Sequence record: SRR9188677_168
DNA: 34,226 nt
Strand: one strand, 5' to 3'
The notes beneath the pieces are model-generated. The model was not told the origin of the DNA. It saw only the letters and a program-made list of their open reading frames with translations, and did no database searches. The stretch's first letter is position 1, and every line of letters begins with the position of its first letter. A program made the translations under genes and the position numbers. This document shows, one piece after another, positions 9,193-18,625 of this stretch.

Positions 9193-9606
9193 ATGCAAGA
9201 CTTTACTAAAGACGATGTTAAAAGTAACGATGCAGCATTCGTTAATACCTCTGGTATGGGTAAAGATGCAGTCATCCCTGATGGCGTGAAAGGCTGGAGC
9301 TGGGGCGCGTTTTTCCTGAACTGGATTTGGGCAATCCGCAACAGAACCTGGATAGGCTTGTTATGCCTGATCCCCTACCTGGGATTTGTCATGTCTTTCT
9401 TTCTCGGCGCCAAAGGCCGCGAATGGGCCTGGCGGAACAAGCGCTGGAATAGTGTTGCCCACTTTAATGAGGTGCAGAAAAAGTGGTCATTCTGGGGTGT
9501 GGTACTTGTTGTCGGTATTGCCGGATTAGGCATTGTGGCGGCCATTGCTATCCCTGCATACGTGGATTACCAGCATCATGTCCAGCCTGTCACTGTGACT
9601 ACCTGA
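9193..9606 (+). CDS. Small membrane protein (WSWGAF...W motif) with pilin-like C-terminal helix
   Basis: GWSWGAFFLNWIW, GREWAWRNKRW and terminal GIVAAIAIPAYVDY; ATG 9193 after GAGGG. Confidence 0.75.
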   Translation: MQDFTKDDVKSNDAAFVNTSGMGKDAVIPDGVKGWSWGAFFLNWIWAIRNRTWIGLLCLIPYLGFVMSFFLGAKGREWAWRNKRWNSVAHFNEVQKKWSFWGVVLVVGIAGLGIVAAIAIPAYVDYQHHVQPVTVTT

Positions 9607-9729
9607 CCGATCTTTCCGTTAAAGAATCATTTCCTAGTACTCTGCCAGTCTTTCCGCACGGCGAATCATTTCGTGGCTACCTGTAAATCAGGTAAAATCT
9701 GCCTTTTGCATTTCATCGGATCAGGCAAA

Positions 9730-10674
9730 ATGGTGCTGACCTTTCAACAAATCATTTTAAAACTACAAGAATACTGGGATAAACAGGGTTGTACCTTGCT
9801 GCAACCCTATGACATGGAAGTCGGTGCAGGCACCAGCCACACTGCCACCTTTCTGCGTGCATTAGGTCCTGAACCGTGGAAAGCCGCCTATGTACAACCC
9901 AGTCGTCGCCCCAAAGATGGCCGTTATGGCGAAAACCCCAATCGTTTGCAACATTACTATCAATACCAGGTTGTGCTGAAACCGGCACCGGCTAATATTC
10001 TCGAACTGTATCTGGGTTCACTTGAAGCCCTGGGTTTCAACCTGAAAGAAAACGATATCCGCTTTGTGGAAGATGACTGGGAAAACCCGACCTTGGGTGC
10101 CTGGGGCCTGGGCTGGGAAGTCTGGCTCAATGGCATGGAAGTCACGCAATTTACTTACTTCCAACAGGTCGGCGGCATCAATTGCAAACCGATCACCGGT
10201 GAAATCACCTACGGCCTGGAACGCCTGGCGATGTATCTGCAAGGCGTGGAAAACGTCTATGACCTTGAGTACTCACCGGGTGTGAAATACGGCGACGTGT
10301 TCCACCAGAATGAAGTTGAGCAATCTACCTATAACTTTGAACATTCCGATGTTGATTTCCTGTTCACCGCCTTCAATGCACACGAAAAACAGGCCAAGCA
10401 TTTGATGGAAGTACAACTGGCCTTGCCTGCATACGAGCAGGTGCTCAAGGCCGGGCATACTTTTAATTTGCTGGATGCACGTGGCGCCATTTCAGTCACC
10501 GAGCGTGCAGCCTACATTGGCCGTATTCGCAACCTGGCCCGTGCAGTCGCTGCCAGCTATCTCGATAGCCGCGCGCGTATGGGTTTCCCGATGGCACCTA
10601 AAGAATGGGCCGACGAAGTCATCGCCAAACTGGAAAGCGATAAAGCAGAACAAAATAAGAAAGCCGCCGCATGA
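9730..10674 (+). CDS. glyQ: Glycine--tRNA ligase alpha subunit
   Basis: [49 protein letters not shown]; start placed at ATG 9730. Confidence 0.98.
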   Translation: MVLTFQQIILKLQEYWDKQGCTLLQPYDMEVGAGTSHTATFLRALGPEPWKAAYVQPSRRPKDGRYGENPNRLQHYYQYQVVLKPAPANILELYLGSLEALGFNLKENDIRFVEDDWENPTLGAWGLGWEVWLNGMEVTQFTYFQQVGGINCKPITGEITYGLERLAMYLQGVENVYDLEYSPGVKYGDVFHQNEVEQSTYNFEHSDVDFLFTAFNAHEKQAKHLMEVQLALPAYEQVLKAGHTFNLLDARGAISVTERAAYIGRIRNLARAVAASYLDSRARMGFPMAPKEWADEVIAKLESDKAEQNKKAAA

Positions 10675-12770
10675 GTACCCGCAATCTGTTAGTTGAATTG
10701 TTTGTAGAAGAACTGCCGCCTAAAGCGCTAAATAAATTAGGTGAGGCATTCAGTGGTGTATTGGCCGAAAGCCTGAAAGCTTCCGGTTTGCTGGCCGATA
10801 GCAGTGCTGTGACTACGTTCGCTTCCCCTCGCCGCTTGGCCGCGCATATTACGGATGTGGCTGCCAAAGCTGCCGACAAACAAGTCGCGCAAAAACTGAT
10901 GCCAGCGACTGTAGGTCTGGATGCCAGCGGCAATGCAACACCTGCGTTACTGAAGAAACTGCAGGCGCTGGGTGAAAACGAATCTGCCGTTGCCAGATTG
11001 CGCAAAGAAAATGATGGCAAAGCGGATATCCTGTTCCTGGATGCGACGCAATCAGGGGCCAATTTGCAGGAAGGCCTGCAAAAAGCCCTTGATGAAACGC
11101 TGGCCAAGTTGCCTATCCCTAAAGTGATGACTTACCAGATCAATGACGGCTGGCAAAGTGTCAACTTTGTGCGTCCGGCGCATGGACTGGTTGCATTGCA
11201 TGGCGATGAGATTATCCCTGTTTCCACTTTGGGTTTGACCGCAAGCAATACCACGCTAGGCCACCGTTTTGAAGCGAAGAATCCAGTGGTGATACTCAGC
11301 TCAGCTGACACTTATGCGCAACAATTAGCCGACGAAGGTGCTGTGATTGCCAGTTTTGCAGACCGTCGTGCTGAAATTGTGAAACAGCTGCAAGCCGCTG
11401 CTGCCAAAGAAAATCTCAAGCCGATTGAAGATGATGCCTTGCTGGATGAAGTGACTGCGCTGGTGGAGCGTCCCAATGTGTTGCTCGGCCAGTTTGAAGA
11501 AGAATTTCTGGCTGTACCGCAAGAATGCCTGATCCTGACCATGAAGGCGAACCAGAAATACTTTCCATTGTTGGACGCCAACGGGAAACTGACCAACAAG
11601 TTTTTAATCGTTTCCAATATCAACCCGGCTGATGCCAGCAAAGTAATTGGTGGTAATGAGCGTGTGGTGCGTCCGCGCCTGGCAGATGCCAAGTTCTTTT
11701 TTGACCAGGATAGGAAAAAGACACTGGACAGCCGTTTGGCTGGCCTGGCTAAAGTGGTGTACCACAACAAGCTAGGTTCACAGGGTGAGCGGAACGAGCG
11801 TGTGGTGACGATTGCCTCTGTCATTGCCCAGCAAATCGGAGGTGATGGATTTGTGGCAAAAGTTGCGCAAGCGGCACGTTTATCCAAGGTCGATTTGCTG
11901 ACAGATATGGTCGGTGAATTCCCTGAGCTGCAAGGTATCATGGGCCGCTACTATGCGCAGCATGAAGGGCTGGCCGATGATGTCGCCTATGCGATTGAAG
12001 ACCATTACCGTCCACGCTTTGCCGGTGATGATCTGCCACGCAGCCAGGTCGGTGTAGTGGTTGCCCTGGCAGATAAACTGGAAACCTTAGTCGGCTTATT
12101 CAGCATAGGCGAAAAACCAACCGGCGACAAAGATCCATTTGCCTTGCGTCGTCAGGCGCTGGGCATTTTGCGCATGCTGATGGAAACAGATTTACCATTG
12201 GCATTCGACAAGCTGATTGCGCAAACATTAAGCGTATTTAACGGCAATCCTGATGTGGCGGAAGCGATCCAGGCATTCTGTTTTGACCGCCTGGCCGTCA
12301 ACCTGCGCGATCAGGGAGCCAGCGCGCTGGAAGTGGATGCCGTACTGTCGTTGTCACCCAACCATCTGGCAGAAGTGCCGCGTCGTTTAGCTGCGGTACA
12401 GGCTTTCGCTAACTTGCCGGAAGCGCCAGCGTTGGCAGCCGCTAACAAGCGCGTCAGCAATATCCTGAAAAAAGTCGAAGGCGAAGTCACGGCGGAAGTG
12501 AACGCCAGCTTGCTGCAGGAGCCGGCCGAAAAAGCGTTGCACCAGGCGCTGGCAAATACCAAACCAAAGGCTGACCAGCTGTTTGAAACCGGTGATTATG
12601 CCGCTTCATTGCAAGCCTTGGCTGCGCTTAAAGCACCGGTGGATACATTTTTTGAGGATGTCATGGTCAATGCTGAAGACCCTGCATTGAAGGCGAACCG
12701 TTTAGGCCTGCTGGCAACGTTGCACCAGGCCATGAACCGCGTAGCAGATTTATCGAAATTAGCCAGTTAA
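10671..12770 (+). CDS. glyS: Glycine--tRNA ligase beta subunit
   Basis: [52 protein letters not shown]; overlaps the glyQ stop. Confidence 0.98.
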   Translation: MSTRNLLVELFVEELPPKALNKLGEAFSGVLAESLKASGLLADSSAVTTFASPRRLAAHITDVAAKAADKQVAQKLMPATVGLDASGNATPALLKKLQALGENESAVARLRKENDGKADILFLDATQSGANLQEGLQKALDETLAKLPIPKVMTYQINDGWQSVNFVRPAHGLVALHGDEIIPVSTLGLTASNTTLGHRFEAKNPVVILSSADTYAQQLADEGAVIASFADRRAEIVKQLQAAAAKENLKPIEDDALLDEVTALVERPNVLLGQFEEEFLAVPQECLILTMKANQKYFPLLDANGKLTNKFLIVSNINPADASKVIGGNERVVRPRLADAKFFFDQDRKKTLDSRLAGLAKVVYHNKLGSQGERNERVVTIASVIAQQIGGDGFVAKVAQAARLSKVDLLTDMVGEFPELQGIMGRYYAQHEGLADDVAYAIEDHYRPRFAGDDLPRSQVGVVVALADKLETLVGLFSIGEKPTGDKDPFALRRQALGILRMLMETDLPLAFDKLIAQTLSVFNGNPDVAEAIQAFCFDRLAVNLRDQGASALEVDAVLSLSPNHLAEVPRRLAAVQAFANLPEAPALAAANKRVSNILKKVEGEVTAEVNASLLQEPAEKALHQALANTKPKADQLFETGDYAASLQALAALKAPVDTFFEDVMVNAEDPALKANRLGLLATLHQAMNRVADLSKLAS

Positions 12771-12811
12771 TGTAAGACATTCCTGTTGTTCAGGAATGCC
12801 GGAGAAAGTTG

Positions 12812-13354
12812 ATGAAACTCGTTATATTAGATCGTGATGGTGTCATTAACCAGGACAGCGCGACCTTTATTAAAAATCCTAACGAGTGGATCCCGATTCC
12901 CGGTAGCCTGGAAGCGATTGCCTTATTAAACCAGCGTGGTTACCGCGTCGCTGTCGCGACCAACCAGTCAGGAATAGCGCGCGGTTATTTTGATATGGCG
13001 ACCTTGAATGCCATACATGAGAAAATGCATAAAGCCGTCGCGCAAGCCGGTGGCAGGATAGATGCGGTGTTTTATTGCCCGCATGCTGCCGGTGACAATT
13101 GCGCGTGCCGCAAACCAAAAACTGGCATGATAAAAGAAATCGGGCTGCGTTTTAATCTGGAACTTAGTAAAGTCTATGGCGTTGGGGATGCCTTGCGCGA
13201 TCTGCAAGCGTTTGCTGATGCCGGTTGCCAGCCTTATCTGGTGAGAACCGGCAAAGGCGAAGAAACCTACAACCTGGCCGAAGTGCCTGCAAATACCATT
13301 GTGGTGGCTGACCTGGCCGCTGCCGTGCAAGATATTATTGCAGGGGATAGATAA
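12812..13354 (+). CDS. gmhB: D-glycero-beta-D-manno-heptose 1,7-bisphosphate 7-phosphatase
   Basis: HAD motif LDRDGVIN, ATNQSG, CPH...CACRKP, GDALRDL; conserved glyS-gmhB-plsC order. Confidence 0.93.
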   Translation: MKLVILDRDGVINQDSATFIKNPNEWIPIPGSLEAIALLNQRGYRVAVATNQSGIARGYFDMATLNAIHEKMHKAVAQAGGRIDAVFYCPHAAGDNCACRKPKTGMIKEIGLRFNLELSKVYGVGDALRDLQAFADAGCQPYLVRTGKGEETYNLAEVPANTIVVADLAAAVQDIIAGDR

Positions 13355-14070
13355 TGGGTAATGCCGTGTTGTATATGCGGGCGCTGTTGTTTTATGTCGG
13401 GCTGTTTGCATTAACTATTCCTTTTTCAATATTTGCATTGATATTGATCCCCATGCCATCAGCGGTCACGCGCTCGCGCTGGGTAAGTCGATGGGCGGAC
13501 TGCGTGTTGTGGTGGCTGAAAATCACCTGCAACTTAAGCTATGAAGTGAAAGGCCGTGAACATATTCCTGATTCGGCTTCAGTGATTTTGTGCAAGCATC
13601 AATCCGCCTGGGAAACCATCGCTTTACAATCTATCTTTCCACCACAGGTGTGGGTGCTTAAAAGAGAGTTACTGATGCTGCCATTTCTTGGCTGGGCACT
13701 GTGGGCGGTAGGTTCTATTCCCATTGATCGCAGTTCGGGCCGTGAGGCTTTGAAGAAACTGGTCAATCATGGCAAAGACCGTCTCAAGCGTGGGTTATGG
13801 GTGGTTATTTTCCCTGAAGGCACGCGTACTGCGCCGGGTGCACGTGGCAAATACCATATCGGTGGCGCCTGGCTGGCGTCGCACAGTAACAGCACCGTTG
13901 TTCCGGTCGCACACAATGCCGGCCGGTTTTGGCGCAAGAGTTCTATCCTTAAATATCCTGGTGTCATTCAGGTAGTGATTGGTCAGCCGATTGATACTAC
14001 TGGCCTGAAGCCGGATGCGGTGAATAAACTGGTGGAAGACTGGATAGAAACCGAAATGCAATCCCTGTGA
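13354..14070 (+). CDS. plsC: 1-acyl-sn-glycerol-3-phosphate acyltransferase
   Basis: KHQSAWET, LKREL, IDR, FPEGTR, VPVAHN motifs. Confidence 0.9.
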   Translation: MGNAVLYMRALLFYVGLFALTIPFSIFALILIPMPSAVTRSRWVSRWADCVLWWLKITCNLSYEVKGREHIPDSASVILCKHQSAWETIALQSIFPPQVWVLKRELLMLPFLGWALWAVGSIPIDRSSGREALKKLVNHGKDRLKRGLWVVIFPEGTRTAPGARGKYHIGGAWLASHSNSTVVPVAHNAGRFWRKSSILKYPGVIQVVIGQPIDTTGLKPDAVNKLVEDWIETEMQSL

Positions 14071-14080
14071 TCATGGCAAC

Positions 14081-14794
14081 ATGATAGAACAAGTGTTGCA
14101 ATTGCCTGACGGGCAAACCATTGCTTATCAACTCGATCTGCGGGTGCGCAGAACCATAGGCCTCAAAATTACTGCTGAAGGCCTGGTAGTGCATGCCCCC
14201 AAACGCATTAACGCCAGCCAGCTACAGCAAGTATTATTGCAAAAAGCCAGCTGGATCCAGCAAAAACTCGCATTGCGTGAAAATAACCATGTGAGCCCGA
14301 TGCAGTGGGTTGATGGCGAGCCGCTGATGTTTATGGGGCAGGATATCGTGCTGTCGCTGCAGCATCACGCGACGAATAAAGCGGTTGTGCTGCAAGGCAA
14401 CCAGTTACTGGTGAGGTCGCCACAAATAGATCAGCAGGCGTTTGTTGCCCGCAAAGTATTGCAATGGTTTGCACAGCAGGCATTGCCGGACTTTAAACGG
14501 CGGGTAGAACTGCTAGCGGCCCAGATGGGTGAAAAGGTGACTGGCGTAGCACTTTCAAATGCCCGCTCACGCTGGGGGAGTTGTAATAGCCGCAGGCAGA
14601 TACGCCTCAACTGGCGGTTGATACAAGCGCCGCCGCATATTATCCAATATGTGATTTGCCATGAGATGGCGCATCTGAAAGAGATGAACCATTCGGCAAG
14701 GTTTTATGCGGTGCAGGCTAGTCTGTTTCCCAATCATGTACAAGCCGAAAAAGAACTGAAAGCCTTGTCTGCCATTTTGCATCGCATGGCCTGA
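14081..14794 (+). CDS. YgjP/DUF45 (M48-like) zinc metallohydrolase
   Basis: ARSRWGSCNS, IRLNWRL, YVICHEMAHLKEMNHSARF (HExxH). Confidence 0.88.
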   Translation: MIEQVLQLPDGQTIAYQLDLRVRRTIGLKITAEGLVVHAPKRINASQLQQVLLQKASWIQQKLALRENNHVSPMQWVDGEPLMFMGQDIVLSLQHHATNKAVVLQGNQLLVRSPQIDQQAFVARKVLQWFAQQALPDFKRRVELLAAQMGEKVTGVALSNARSRWGSCNSRRQIRLNWRLIQAPPHIIQYVICHEMAHLKEMNHSARFYAVQASLFPNHVQAEKELKALSAILHRMA

Positions 14795-14819
14795 TCAAAC
14801 TTGGTGAGCACTAAACCCG

Positions 14820-15326
14820 CTAGCGCGACTGTTTGATGACTGCCACCAACTGATCAAGTACCGCGCTCCAGCCTTCCTGAAAACCCATCGCCTCATGCCG
14901 CTGTTTAGAAGCTGCGTCGGCATGCAAGGCATAAGCGGTATAGCGAGTTCCATTAGTGATTGCTTCCAGTACGATACTGGCCGTCATCATGAATTCTGCG
15001 CATTCATAGCCGGGAGACTGTTCAGGGCTTTTGGCTGGCCTGAATCCGGGTTCCAGCGCATTGGTCCATGTCAGTTTCTTGCCGGGGATGACTTCAAGGT
15101 AACAGCCACTATTGGGAAACTGCTGGCCTTCTGGTGATTGCATGATGGTGCGGAAAAGGCCGCCTGGTTTCAGGTCAATTTCACAATCTATCGTTTTCCA
15201 TGGCAGTGGACAGAACCATTGTTTGAGATGTTCCGGTGTCGTCCATGCATGCCAAATTTCTTCCGGTAATACATCGACTTCTTTTTCCAGTACCAAATCC
15301 AGTTCCGGGTTGATTGCTATTGCCAT
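14820..15326 (-). CDS. SRPBCC/AHSA1-like ligand-binding protein
   Basis: [47 protein letters not shown] 15326 after AGGAG. Confidence 0.88.
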   Translation of the reverse strand: MAIAINPELDLVLEKEVDVLPEEIWHAWTTPEHLKQWFCPLPWKTIDCEIDLKPGGLFRTIMQSPEGQQFPNSGCYLEVIPGKKLTWTNALEPGFRPAKSPEQSPGYECAEFMMTASIVLEAITNGTRYTAYALHADAASKQRHEAMGFQEGWSAVLDQLVAVIKQSR

Positions 15327-15389
15327 ACGCACTCTCCTTTAATTTGGCAATTGGGCATAACGGTTACCTCTTGGTCGCCCTGATGCTGA

Positions 15390-16292
15390 TTAGTTTATTC
15401 TATTCGCAAGCCATATCCCTGTGAAGATGGTGAGCATCCCCAGGAATTGGTACAAGTGAAAAGCTTCGTGCAACAGCAGCGTGGAAAGCACTGAACCAAA
15501 AATCGGCATGGCATGGATAAAGACACTCGCGCGTACCGAGCCCACCAGCGTCACCGCTTTTGAATATGCCAGCAGCGCAATCACAGACGGGAAAATGCCG
15601 ATATAGGCCAGTATCCACAACGTTTGCGGGTTTTGCAGGTGTATGGTTGTGGTCTGCAGTTCCCAAACGCAAAGTGGGAACAGGAAAATTAAGGCAATCA
15701 TCACCTGGCATAACATCAGCCCGGTACGGTTGATGGATGCCGGAATGTCTTTCAGCCACAGGGTATATAAGGCCCAGAACACCATCGCCAGGAAGATAAT
15801 CACATCTCCTTCTGCAAAAGCCAGTGTCAGCAATATTTGCAAATCGCCGTGTGAGACGACAATCAATACCCCAGTCAGCGACACCAGTAAGCCTATTAAC
15901 TGGCTGGCTGGTAATGTTTTCCGGTAAAACACAAAGCCGAAGATAGCGACCAGGAATGGAATAAACGAATTGAGGATAATGCCGTTGGTAGCACTGGTCG
16001 TATGCAAACCCCAATACACCAGTAAGTTAAAGGCTGCCACGCCCGTGATCGCGGTACCAAAAATAGGCCAGCGGTAAGCGTAATAATAGATGCGGTCACG
16101 CAAAAATGGCCGCAGGGCAAAAGGCAACAAGCAGGCGAAAGCAATGCTCCAGCGGATAAGTGACAAAGTCACTGGCGGCACTGAAGTGTTAATAGCGCGC
16201 CCGGCGATAAAGTTACCTGCCCATAATAAAGGCGGCAATAGTAGCAACAATAGAATGCGCCAGTTTAAGGTTGGTGACTGGTTGTCTGACAA
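15390..16292 (-). CDS. DMT/EamA-family transporter
   Basis: LWAGNFIAGR, PVTLSLIRW, two EamA repeats, PIFGSVLSTLLLHE; 10 TM segments; TTG start. Confidence 0.9.
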   Translation of the reverse strand: MSDNQSPTLNWRILLLLLLPPLLWAGNFIAGRAINTSVPPVTLSLIRWSIAFACLLPFALRPFLRDRIYYYAYRWPIFGTAITGVAAFNLLVYWGLHTTSATNGIILNSFIPFLVAIFGFVFYRKTLPASQLIGLLVSLTGVLIVVSHGDLQILLTLAFAEGDVIIFLAMVFWALYTLWLKDIPASINRTGLMLCQVMIALIFLFPLCVWELQTTTIHLQNPQTLWILAYIGIFPSVIALLAYSKAVTLVGSVRASVFIHAMPIFGSVLSTLLLHEAFHLYQFLGMLTIFTGIWLANRIN

Positions 16293-16368
16293 TGAGTAAA
16301 TAAGCTAGATTAAGATACTGGAATTGTATGGAGGATTGGGATACCTGCAAAGCCTGAAGCATACATGC

Positions 16369-16394
16369 AAAAAGGGGCCGAAAGCCCCTTTTTT
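16369..16394. terminator. Rho-independent terminator downstream of bfd
   Basis: AAAAAGGGGC-CGAAA-GCCCCTTTTTT. Confidence 0.85.
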
Positions 16395-16416
16395 GAATAT
16401 CATACGCCGGTATTAA

Positions 16417-16644
16417 TTAAGCCGCGCCTAATTGCACCGGTGTCAACTGAATCAGTTTTTTGACCAGGCCCGGATGTTGTTCAGCGTGAGCCTCTTTCAG
16501 GCAGGCTTTTGCGCAACTGACACATTTTCCACAGTCGGCACCGACGCCGAGCTGCTCTTTCAAATGCTTAACGGTTTTAGCGCCGTCCCTGACTGCCTGA
16601 TGAACCTGGCGCTCGGTCACTGCATTACAAACGCAAACGTACAT
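16417..16644 (-). CDS. bfd: Bacterioferritin-associated ferredoxin [2Fe-2S]
   Basis: MYVCVCNAVTE...CGKC; adjacent to bfr genes. Confidence 0.94.
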   Translation of the reverse strand: MYVCVCNAVTERQVHQAVRDGAKTVKHLKEQLGVGADCGKCVSCAKACLKEAHAEQHPGLVKKLIQLTPVQLGAA

Positions 16645-16664
16645 ATGTTCTCTATTAGGTTACT

Positions 16665-16700
16665 AATGATAATTATTATCATTTATTGAGAGTTTGTCAA
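16665..16700 (-). promoter_or_regulatory. Fur box overlapping a sigma70 promoter of bfd
   Basis: Perfect 9-1-9 palindrome AATGATAAT-T-ATTATCATT (16665-16683). Minus-strand TTGACA (16700-16695), 17-bp spacer, then AATAAT (16677-16672) inside the Fur box. Confidence 0.88.
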
Positions 16701-16726
16701 GCGTAGTTTGGTTCCGGCAGGGCGTG

Positions 16727-16748
16727 AAAAAAGCCGCAAAAGCGGCTT
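16727..16748 (-). terminator. Rho-independent terminator of the bfr operon
   Basis: Minus strand AAGCCGC-TTTT-GCGGCTT followed by a T run; separates bfr from the bfd promoter. Confidence 0.8.
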
Positions 16749-16774
16749 AATTCATAAGATCTGAAAATCAGTGA

Positions 16775-17251
16775 TTATTCAGATTCTATTTGTGTTTGCA
16801 GATAGTTAGGCAAAGTGACATCGACAATCAGGCGTTGCTGGGTTTCCAGCCAGTCAATGGCTTCTTCGCAGGCTTCCAGTAACTCAGTCAGTAAATCACG
16901 CGTCACGTAGTCTTGCAATTTTTCAGCTTCGGCAATCGCTTCAATCAACTGCGGGCGCTGTACGTCCTTCTCAAAACTCAGGTCACCTTGCAGGCATTCC
17001 ACCACCTCTTCACCAATCAGCAATTTACCAAGGTTTTGCAGGTTAGGCAGGCCGTCCAGAAACAGGATGCGCTCAATCACTTCATCCGCTTCTTTCATCA
17101 CACGGATGGATTGTTTGTATTGGTAGTCGTTGAGTCTTTCCAGGCCCCATTTCCTGAACATGCGCGCATGCAGGAAATACTGGTTGATAGAAGTCAGCTG
17201 GTTTTTAAGCACTTTGTTCAACGTGCTGATAATGTGTTTTTCGCCTTTCAT
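16775..17251 (-). CDS. bfr: Bacterioferritin subunit, haem-binding type (Met52 kept, ferroxidase centre degenerate)
   Basis: MKG...[10 protein letters not shown]...[13 protein letters not shown]...IDWLETQ; Q18, V51, M52, E54. Confidence 0.92.
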   Translation of the reverse strand: MKGEKHIISTLNKVLKNQLTSINQYFLHARMFRKWGLERLNDYQYKQSIRVMKEADEVIERILFLDGLPNLQNLGKLLIGEEVVECLQGDLSFEKDVQRPQLIEAIAEAEKLQDYVTRDLLTELLEACEEAIDWLETQQRLIVDVTLPNYLQTQIESE

Positions 17252-17260
17252 GCGGGCTCC

Positions 17261-17752
17261 TTAAACTGCAACAGCAGGGCCGTCGCCCATCTGGCTTTGG
17301 CAATAGTTTTCAATGCCGATCAGTTTGATCAGGCTTAACTGTTTTTCCAGCCAGTAAGCATGATCCATTTCGGTATCTTCCAGTTGCACCAGCAACATTT
17401 CACGCGTCACAAAATCCTGAGCTTCTTCACAGGCTTGCATGGCTTTTTTCAGGTGCTTGACTACGGCATATTCCAGGTCCAGGTCAGATTCCAGCATGGA
17501 TTTCACATCTTTCCCAATATGGATTGGGTCACGCTTGGTCAGGTTAGGGGTGCCTTCAAGAAACAGGATACGCTGGATCAGCGCACGGGCATGTTCACGT
17601 TCATGCAGTGATTCGTGGAGGATGCGTTGGGAAATCACACCCAGACCCATGTCGGCATACATTTCGCCGTGAATCAAATACTGGTCGGTAGCAGTAAGCT
17701 CTCCTGCCAGTAAATCATTCAGAATATCAATAATCTTTTTATCGCCTTTCAT
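17261..17752 (-). CDS. bfr: Bacterioferritin subunit, ferroxidase type (no haem Met52; BfrA/FtnA-like)
   Basis: E18, E51, H54, DLDLE and EDTEMDHAYWLE retained; R52 in place of Met. Confidence 0.92.
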   Translation of the reverse strand: MKGDKKIIDILNDLLAGELTATDQYLIHGEMYADMGLGVISQRILHESLHEREHARALIQRILFLEGTPNLTKRDPIHIGKDVKSMLESDLDLEYAVVKHLKKAMQACEEAQDFVTREMLLVQLEDTEMDHAYWLEKQLSLIKLIGIENYCQSQMGDGPAVAV

Positions 17753-17827
17753 GATCGGCTCCTGTATGCATTTTCAATGAAAAGCATGATACAGGAAAAT
17801 GGAAAGTATGCAATAAAAAATATGTTG

Positions 17828-17883
17828 TAACTTGTTGATTTAAAATGAGTTTTTAAACACTAATATAAATGAAAATCGTTCTT
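17828..17883. promoter_or_regulatory. IHF consensus plus Fur-box-like site upstream of the bfr operon
   Basis: TAACTTGTTGATT (17828-17840) is the reverse complement of WATCAANNNNTTR. ATAAATGAAAATCGTTCTT (17865-17883) matches 12/19 of GATAATGATAATCATTATC. Confidence 0.5.
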
Positions 17884-17923
17884 GATCCAGTATTTCTCAG
17901 AATTATCGAAAGTCTGCTCAATA

Positions 17924-18514
17924 CTAGATTAGCAGCTGCAAGTCATGCGCGATATTGGCTGGTTTTTCCCCATACCCCAGGTAAATGCGCGGTGCGCCTG
18001 TTTTATCAAACACATATAACCCTGCACTATGGTCCATGGTGTAGCCGTCTTGGCCTGCCTCACTCACTTTAGCAGCATAGACTTTATATTCGGCCAGGTT
18101 GGTGGCGACTTCCTCGGGTGTGCCCCGCAGGCCAATAAAACGTGCATCAAAGCCAGGTACAAATTGCGCCAGCACTTCCTGCGTGTCGCGCTCCGGGTCT
18201 ACAGTCACAAACAGCACCTGCACATCATTAGCCTTGTCTCCCAGCAATTTCATGGTTTGCTTGAGGTCGCTCATGGTGGTCGGGCACACATCTGGACAGT
18301 GGGTATAGCCGAAAAACAGTACCACTACCTTGCCTTTAAAATCATTGATACTGCGTAACTTGCCGGTATGATCAGTCAAGCTCAAAGGTTTGCCAAACTG
18401 GGTGCCGGTCAGGTCAGTGCCGATAAAGGTGGCCGTTTTGTCAGGTTGGCACCCGGCGAGCAGGCCAGTCACTAATGCTGCGATTAACCAAAGCCACGTG
18501 AAACGAGTGCGCAT
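17924..18514 (-). CDS. SCO1/SenC-family copper chaperone lipoprotein
   Basis: Lipobox LLAGC, FGYTHCPDVCP, TVDPERDT, YTMDHS; start placed at ATG 18514. Confidence 0.93.
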   Translation of the reverse strand: MRTRFTWLWLIAALVTGLLAGCQPDKTATFIGTDLTGTQFGKPLSLTDHTGKLRSINDFKGKVVVLFFGYTHCPDVCPTTMSDLKQTMKLLGDKANDVQVLFVTVDPERDTQEVLAQFVPGFDARFIGLRGTPEEVATNLAEYKVYAAKVSEAGQDGYTMDHSAGLYVFDKTGAPRIYLGYGEKPANIAHDLQLLI

Positions 18515-18625
18515 ACAAAAATCCTTGTAAATCATCATTGAAATGGATTTTAGCATAGGCGAAAAGCGCGCAGATTGGTTTACAATACTGGTTTTTGACG
18601 ATAGACGGATTAAGGGCGAGTTTAA

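Noticed and set aside
9673-9729. Upstream GTG extension of glyQ
   Set aside because: GlyQ homology starts at M-V-L-T-F-Q-Q (9730).
11312-11941. 209-aa antisense ORF in glyS (similarly 10619-11107, 30129-30710 in proS, 16913-17338 in bfr)
   Set aside because: Shadow ORFs opposite well-conserved genes, with no recognisable motifs; explained by codon bias.
12778-12798. Hairpin CATTCCTG-TTGTT-CAGGAATG between glyS and gmhB
   Set aside because: No U-tract, so it is not called a terminator; it ends just before the RBS and may only stabilise mRNA.
15400-16014. 204-aa same-strand alternative-frame ORF inside the DMT gene
   Set aside because: Fully nested, Cys/Arg-rich with no family motif; the DMT frame is intact, so no frameshift is needed.
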